Source: Intoshia linei (lineage: Eukaryota > Animalia > Orthonectida). Taken from it: a stretch of DNA of 34,976 nt. Below the pieces are notes generated by a model that did not search any database, had not been told where the DNA came from, and saw only the letters and a program-made list of their open reading frames with translations. Below are positions 28,089 to 34,976 of the stretch, piece by piece (position 1 is the stretch's first letter; every line of letters begins with the position of its first letter). The position numbers were made by a program, and so were the translations under genes. The DNA is taken from the NCBI GenBank assembly GCA_001642005.1, contig LWCA01000274.1:1-34976 (forward strand), read 5' to 3'.

Positions 28089-29316
28089 ATGTATCAATTT
28101 GAATTGACTTTAACTGTCTTTTATGAGTCCATCAAAGAAGTAATAAATTTATCTGTAATAAATAGTACTTGTCCAGGAAAATACAAAACCATATATAAAT
28201 CAAATGTCAGTCAAAGCTTGGCACCACATAAAATTAATATAGCGTATGTGTACGGTTTAGTTCAAGTTTTATATATACAGATTGAAAGAGGTACAAATCA
28301 AAATTACTACAGATCATTTCCGTATGAAAATATTATTCAAAATAAATACACCAAATACGAATTTATCGAGCAAGTAAATATACCCAATAAATTTGATTTA
28401 AAGATTCAAATTATGTGTAAACGTTTGAAAGGTTTTTAATTCTTTATTTACTATCATCTTACCGATTAATTCAATTCGGTTCGGCGAATCTGGGAGAATA
28501 GAGGCATTGATTTATTTAAATTTACCATGTTTTAGAAGAAATCATGCAAACCCCTCAAAATAACATTGATGATAATTTCATGCATTTAATGGCGAATTTG
28601 AAATTACAAATGTTTGTAAGTGCTGATTTCAAACTACTAGACACATCAAATAACCGACATGAAAATTATTTGCATGCCATAGAATTATATGAAAATCATT
28701 TAAATGCAATTGCTCCATTGGTTCATATTCTCAGCCATATTGACAATGATGGGTAATTTTAACAAAGACTTGATTTGTGGCAATATAATTAAAACAATTT
28801 AGATTGATAAAAATAAACTATGGACTAATTGAATACATGGATTGCTTTTCAGCAATTGCATTTGATATAGAGAAAACCACCTTTATGGAAAAGTACATTA
28901 AATGTTTATTAATAAAAAAGTATTATGCAGATTACAAAAATATGCATTTTACGAAACGTGTAAATCAAGTAACAGGACAATTATTATCTATGCACAAATC
29001 TAATCATGTGGGGAATAATCTACATTATGCAGTTTTAATTATTTTATTAGACGATAAAATTGAGGATTTCCAATCTCTTTTAATTAAAATAAAAGAAATT
29101 GTTCAATTACCAATATCAATCATTTTTTTTGATGTAGATGATTGTAACAAGATCAATGCAGAATCATTTAATTTTCAATGCAATGTACAATTCTTACCAT
29201 TAGAATGTACAAAAATTAGTCAAAATCTAAAAGAATATTCCAACGATTTAACAACACTTGTATTTTCAAATATTCGCAAACAAATAATACAATATTCTCA
29301 AGGGTTAAATAAATAA
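28089..29316 (+). CDS. Divergent copine-like protein (C2-like N-terminal region plus degenerate VWA/copine domain), about 357 aa
   Basis: Exons 28089-28431, 28536-28752 and 28803-29316 splice in frame (GT-AG). Copine VWA-like segments appear in order: LQMFVSADF (cf. INFTVAIDFT), HLNAIAPLVHILSHIDNDGLI..YG (cf. YxxAIxxVGxIIQDYDSDKLFPxxGFG), YAVLIILLDDKIEDFQSLLIKIKEIVQLPISIIFFDV (cf. YFVLLIITDGxITDxxxTxxAIVxASxLPMSIIIVGVG), NVQFLP (cf. DIVQFVP) and LTTLVFSNIRKQIIQY (cf. LAKxVLAEIPxQxxxY). The start codon is uncertain. Confidence 0.72.
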
Positions 29317-29613
29317 AATCATTTATTTCTTTCGAATTTGTTATCATATATTAAACATGAAAAAATTTAAATATAATTCACATCATAAGATATAATATAT
29401 GATTTATATTCAGTCTCACCAAAGTTAGTTCTTTAAAATTATGAACTACTATGAATTAAAATCACAACTCGCTAACTAGTTAACTCGCCATTAATTATAA
29501 TATAAAACTAAAAGTTTCAAAAACATTATTTACCATTTTCCAATATTTGTTTATACAATTGTGTAAATTGAAATATTCAAAAAATTATTTATATATTATT
29601 GCGAACATACAAC

Positions 29614-32600
29614 ATGAAACCAATACATTTTGGAGTAGCTGCAATGGGCGCCTCGGTAATTGACTCGTTTACATATTATGCAAAATGTACATAGTATTGT
29701 ATATTAGGGTGGCAATTTTTTTTTATTTTAAGTGTATCAAAAATATTATTTAAAATCACCAATTAACCCTTTCACTGTCTGTGTATTCTATACTATACAC
29801 AGCAATTTCACTTCACACGTCTGTGTATTCTATGATATACACTAGGGCAGTGGTTCTTAACCGGGGGTACATGCACCCCTTGGGGTGCATAATCAATTTT
29901 TTAAATTACATTAATTATTAATTAATTAATTTTTTTCTAAATGAGTGAAATTACATAATTGATATTTTTATTATCAACAAAAAGATTAGATATAAGACAT
30001 AATTTCATCTTGGTAATACTTATTAAGTTAAGTTAATAATTAAGGCTCTTTCAATTTATTCACAATCATTTAATAATCAAATTAATTTTGTATTTTCAAC
30101 TTTTTTTAAGTATACAAATTATGTATTTTAATATATAAATTATCATAGAGTTTTTAACCTTTTCTAAAGATGTCTAAAAGAAGACAATGAAATAACAATT
30201 ACGTAGAATTTGGTTTTACCTGTTGTAATGATGCAGATGAAACCGAAAAAACTTCAGTGCATTTACTTTTCGGTGTTTTATGCAATAATAGCCTAAAGCC
30301 AAACCTCCTATGTAATCATAAGAATATAAAACACTCCAACCTCACTGACAGTGTTGAATTTATCGCTAGAAATAGAAGACGTTTCGATATAGGTGGAACA
30401 GTTGACAATTTATCATTTCTTCTCAATGTAACAAAATTAATGACACATAATATAATGTTGTTTCATGTTTTCTAAATAAAAAAAATAAAAGCATAATAAT
30501 TTAAAGCATCATACCATCGGAAATGTTGATCAAACCCTGTACTCTTAACATTGCAGAACTTCTACTTGGCGAAAAACAAAAAAGGGCACTTAAATCAATT
30601 CATTTGTAAAAGGATTAAAAATTTAGTTATCGTACTGTAAGTTATGGATAAACTTCGAAATAGGTTAGTAAAATTTAGTTTACAATTGGACGAATCTACT
30701 TATGTGTTTGCAAGATATGTTGTGAATGATTACACTAATGAGGAATATCTGTTTTGTAAGTCATTAAATAAAACAATATAACAATATAACGAGATAATTG
30801 ATGTATTCAAAATAAATTATATATTAATACACTATAATATATATAAAATTTTTTGTGGGCCCTATAATTTACTATGGCCCCAAATAGAAAATTTTTTACA
30901 TATTCCCTTGATTTTTCTAGTGGCCCTTTGGGAAACATATTATATATGACTATGATAGCTTTAAATGTAATATTTGGTGGTTTTTGGTGTAGTATGCTTA
31001 ATATCTATCCATTTGTGATTGAAATTGCCCTTGAAATAATTATTACTTTTGTTACAACATAATTTTTTGAGGCTGGATTTTCTATTCTAACAAATTAAAA
31101 AAAAAATAAAATAAATGTCCGTGCCGGTATGCGATTGAGCCTATTAAAAACAATGCGAAGATTTAGCTTACTTTTCATTTTAAAGCAACAATAACGATCC
31201 CATTAAAATTTATGTAAATAAATTTGTTCAATTGTTATGTAAAAGTTTTCCGCTACTACTTAATTCGTCTATTTTCTGAGTCTTTAACATTATATTTGAA
31301 TAATCTATTTTTGATTAATTAATTTGGTAGTATGACCAGGGCTACTACATATTCCGATATTTTTCAATGCAAAACTGATAATAATCTACTGGATATTATA
31401 GTAGTACTTACAGAGCTTTGAGTGGATATGATAGTTGACACGTTTTGATTTTTATAAAGGTTTGAAGTAGTACACCCAGGGTCGTGGAGAGGGTCATATG
31501 TCCCGGGTCTATAATCATGAGGGCCTCCTTTTTTAATTTATTAATAGGTAATTATAGAAAATTTCTTAAATATATCAAAATTTCGATAATCAATGCGATT
31601 TCCAATGGTTATTTTTAATTTTTAGATAATGAACTTCCGATTAAATAATGTATTTTAAGTCCATTTTTAAAATTTTTTTTATATGGGCCTATATTTCCCA
31701 TCGAGCCCGGGCCTACTGCTGGCTCTCCACGACTATTATTATGACCAGATCAGCTTTAATTCTTAAATTTTATCCGTTTAATATAAGTAACCAGTTAAAA
31801 CTTCATTTATAATTAATATTGTATTCATTGATTTTTAATCAGGGGGGCACACTGTACACTGCACAGTCATTAAGATCAATATTTGAGAATGCATATGTCA
31901 AAAAAAGTTAAGAACCACTGGAATAGATGAAATAATAAATACATACACATATACCTATACTATACTAGCTTGTCTGTTATGTACTTATTACAAAAAATAG
32001 CTAGATCTACTGCGGGAATCTATCCAGGCATGTTTTTAAAGAGTATTAAATTTTTCAATTTTACAAATCAAAAATGTAAATATTCCAAATTAATATTGTT
32101 CTCCATAGTTAAGTTAGTTCATGTTTAGTTATACAGTTCATTTTTTTAAATTTATTTCTAGCTCAATTTTTTTGGATTTTATTAACGATTTAATTTCTCG
32201 ACTTCTGGCTATTTAGATTATTTATATTGTTATGTATACCATTAACGAAGCATTCAATAAACAAATCAATGATTACTTTTATAAGTGACTAGGTTGAATA
32301 TAATGTACTACGTACAAACAGCATCTAGCTCTGCCAAGGCACATTTTTATTATACCAAAAAAATTAATTCACGTTGAAAATCTAACTTAAAAATCCTACT
32401 ATTTACTATTATCAATCCTTTAAAGGAGTGGTTCCCAAATTTGTTTCAGGTGGAACGATTGCAAAACCAATTAATATTTCAAAAAAAAACACATTTCATG
32501 GTGTTTAAATCAGAACCACCATTAAAAATCTAATTTAAAAATTTACCAGAGAAAACTACTTTTTAATCGTTAAAAAAATGTTTTTCAATGGGACAAACAT

Positions 32601-33649
32601 AACGTGACTGAGACCCTCTTCGGGCATCGAGTAAATTTTAGTAAAATGGGGCCACCATTTATCCAAATTGAGAATTAATCAAAGTGTAATGTTAAATATC
32701 ATAACTAATGTGTTGATTAAATTTAAAATGTTAAGTTAACAGATTTAGGTGGGTAGTTAGTGCTTTATAACCTTATGTATCGTTTGCGAAATTATTCTTA
32801 GATACTTATTTTACATTTTTGGGTAATCTCGAGTTTTGTAGGTTCGGTTCTGGAAGGGACACCCTAATAATTATGCTCATTTTACATTATATTGTAAATG
32901 CACATATAAAATATATAAAAAGTTATACTTAGTTTAGATTATTGTACTATTGGGAGGATTTACAACTTTAGCATACTTTTATTGGATGCGTGGAAATCCT
33001 AGATTTGACTACATAATATATGCCATAGAATCACCAGTACCAATTTGTTTTCTCATGCGAATGCAAGTAAGAAATGGTTCTAACTCTGATTTACATTTGA
33101 AATTAACATATCATCTTCTGTCAAGTTCAAGATTAAATTTTGTTAAAATCTAATATTAAAAACTAATTATGACGTAAATGAAGAATTGAATTAAGAAACT
33201 AATTTTGAAGTTTTATTAATGTTTGCTTGAATAGAAGCCAAGAAATGTTTAATATTATTATTGTTTAATACAAAATTTTAGCGACCTCAACCAAGATGCT
33301 CGTTTGTTCCTTTTTCATTAAGTATTCACAGTTTATGGTATGAATTTAGATAAATATATACATTTTAAATTAGTATATATTGTATTTATTAGGCCACAGA
33401 TAACCAGCGTAAGGAGAATGCCGCCATGCGCTGGAGGCGACTTTGATTATAATAATATTAAGGTCCTTTTATTTCATTACTGCAACATATATTGTTATAA
33501 ACTAGCTTGAATGTTATGTACAATGTACAAATCAAATATACAAACAAATCACTTAGATTAATTATTATTTTTAATTCGCTTATTTAGGATTTAAAATCAG
33601 ATTTAAACAATTATTGAAGATCATACAAAAAAGACAACAAAGAATTCTG
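29614..33649 (+). CDS. RNASET2: Ribonuclease T2 family gene (partial; in-frame TGA at 33615-33617, possibly a pseudogene or null allele)
   Basis: Exons 29614-29655 (MKPIHFGVAAMGAS), 32938-33066 (IIVLLGGFTTLAYFYWMRGNPRFDYIIYAIESPVPICFLMRMQ), 33282-33337 (RPQPRCSFVPFSLSIHSLW), 33393-33462 (PQITSVRRMPPCAGGDFDYNNIK) and 33588-33649 (DLKSDLNNY*RSYKKDNKEFW), all GT-AG and in phase. These match the T2 consensus FDYxxxxxxWPxxxC...FTIHGLWP...C...F....I.DL...L..YWP...FW. The CAS II exon (HEWxKHGTC) is not in the window. Assignment of exon 1 is less certain. Confidence 0.8.
30170..30790 (+). pseudogene. Buster-type (ZBED5/ZBED8/SCAND3-like) hAT transposase remnant
   Basis: MSKRRQ*NNNYVEFGFTCC...KLQCI; HTIG..LIKPCTLNIAELLLGEKQKRALKSIHL; KFSLQLDESTYVFARYVVNDYTNEEYLFCKSL; contains stops, frameshifts and deletions. 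Confidence 0.85.
31477..31734. mobile_element. hAT MITE, second copy of the 22960-23229 family
   Basis: cagggtcgtggagagggtcatatg ... gggcctactgctggctctccacgact; internal homology to the 22960 copy. Confidence 0.7.
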
Positions 33650-34269
33650 GTAATTTATTTTGTATCATATTTTTAACATTTTCTGAACCTAAATCTTTTA
33701 ACGATCAAACGAATCGAGAACTATTAAAATAATTTAATTCGTTATTGCATTAAATATTTTTTTAGTTTGTCATCTCAAGTATAATAATAATTCTTTCAAC
33801 ATATAAACAGACATTTTTACCACCAATGGAAACGCATAATATTTCACTCCCATGATTTGACAACGAAGTTACACGTTAACTACTAGAAAAACTACTGGAA
33901 AAAAAATTCACGTAGTGCTGTTTTTTTCGTTAAATTTTTTTCTAAACAGTGATGAAATCTCTTATTCGCCATAATAATAATATTTCTGGGGCCTTGTCGG
34001 CTGTAGCACCGTTATATAAATTTTAAAACATAATTGTATTGCCATTATTAGATAGTTGTTGTAGAACAAGCAGCGTTGTCTTATATCCGTAAATATCTAA
34101 TTCATGGTTTCATAACCTTTTTTAAATTTAGTACCCGTTAGTCATATCCACTATTTCTAATACACCTGTAAAAATAGAAAAGTGGTCCACTAGATGCAAA
34201 AGGTTTCCGATCCCTAATTTAAGTCTTAATAAAGATGAATAAAAAGTGTATTATTTGGGTAGTACAAAA

Positions 34270-34883
34270 TCAAATATTTTTTAATATTTTCTTTGTTTTG
34301 TTTAATTATTTTTAATTGTATGATCAAGAGTATGAATGACCATTTTTCCGTTTATATTACTTTTAATATTTTTACAATCATATAATATTACATTCTGAGG
34401 TGTTTCTAATGTTCCGATCATAGTATTAATGTACTTATTTCCATTTAAATCAGTTTCGTCCATAATGATAAAGATAAATTTATTAATACAATAATTTTTT
34501 ATTCTCTCCATTTCTTTCAAATACAAAGCATCAATTTTATTTCTTCAATTGCTTTCAGATGGCAAAATGATTCCCTTTTTTTTAAATGTTGTTCTTAACT
34601 TGAGTTATTTAACTTTTTAGAGGTATGTCCGCAGATAGAATTGCTTCCGCCATTTCTGTTGCAAAGTCATTCGATGTTTTAATTGAACTTCCATAGTGAC
34701 AATATGCATAAAACTCTTGTGTTTTGCTATTTTGCGGTGTAATTAAACAAAATTTAATTTTGTAAAAGTAACATTGCAACATTTCATACAAAATAAATTG
34801 TCGTCATTCTTAGTAAATTCACTAGGATAAAGTTTTGTAATATTGTAAATTTTTTTATATTTAGATTTCGCATATTTTGGCAT
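34270..34883 (-). pseudogene. CGGBP1-like hAT transposase remnant
   Basis: Minus strand MPKYAKSKYKK...YPSEFTKNDDNLFCMKC...FATEMAEAILSADIPLK...ILPSESN*RNKIDALYLKEMERIKNYCINKFIFIIMDETDLNGNKYINTMIG: a zinc-finger-like CxxC, the ADIPL motif and catalytic DET; frameshifted. Confidence 0.75.
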
Positions 34884-34976
34884 GCTTAAAAAAAAATTAA
34901 TCATATTGTATATAATGTATACAAAAGTATTGCTAAATTACCTATATTGTGAATAGAAATAAGTTAAGAATAAATA

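Larger units (their letters stand above)
29848..31920 (+). mobile_element. Decayed hAT Buster/Charlie-family transposon in RNase T2 intron 1
   Basis: 14-bp TIRs cagtggttcttaac / gttaagaaccactg; both flanks have the nnnTAnnn form but do not match each other; contains a transposase remnant and nested MITEs. Confidence 0.8.

Noticed and set aside
29763-29840. piggyBac-like TTAA-CCCTTTCAC terminus with a 24-bp duplicated motif
   Set aside because: No matching right end (AAGGG-TTAA) found; too little support to call an element.
30257-31062. ORFs 30257-30475 and 30874-31062 as host genes
   Set aside because: They lie inside the decayed Buster element and are frameshifted transposase or nested MITE sequence.
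33235-33247. Alternative micro-exon of RNase T2 (TAG|AAGCCAAGAAAT|GT)
   Set aside because: Weak donor (GTTTAA without exonic AG) and not needed for frame or homology.
1294-33649. Genome-wide UGA=Trp genetic code
   Set aside because: The reconstructed 4320-codon dynein has no in-frame TGA; in such an AT-rich genome a reassigned UGA should be common.
33811-33886. Candidate RNase T2 CAS II exon (CAG|A CAT TTT TAC CAC CAA TGG AAA CGC)
   Set aside because: HQWKR loosely resembles HEWxK, but the spacing from FW is wrong, KHGxC is absent, the junction would create another TGA and the frame soon stops.

Overview
Very AT-rich eukaryotic, almost certainly metazoan, genomic DNA with short spliceosomal introns (minimum 35-58 nt) and many decayed DNA transposons and MITEs. 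The compact introns and composition recall a reduced invertebrate or parasite genome such as an orthonectid, but this is inference only. Three + strand genes lie in tandem. (1) A 5'-truncated axonemal outer-arm dynein heavy chain (DNAH5/DNAH8, gamma type), 23 exons from 1294 to 27398 (about 4320 aa in the window). (2) A highly divergent copine-like gene (C2-like region plus degenerate VWA domain; 28089-29316). (3) An RNase T2-family gene almost invisible in the ORF track (exons 29614-33649, probably continuing beyond the window). It has an N-terminal membrane anchor or signal, a variant CAS I motif (IHSLWP) and an in-frame TGA exactly at a conserved Trp position. The large introns hold nested hAT, Tc1/mariner-pogo and foldback-like elements, including one with ~430-bp inverted arms. 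Splice donors are unusual: only 5 of 29 have +5G, and every +3-pyrimidine donor follows an exon-terminal AG. No RNA genes, CRISPR arrays or prokaryotic features were found.
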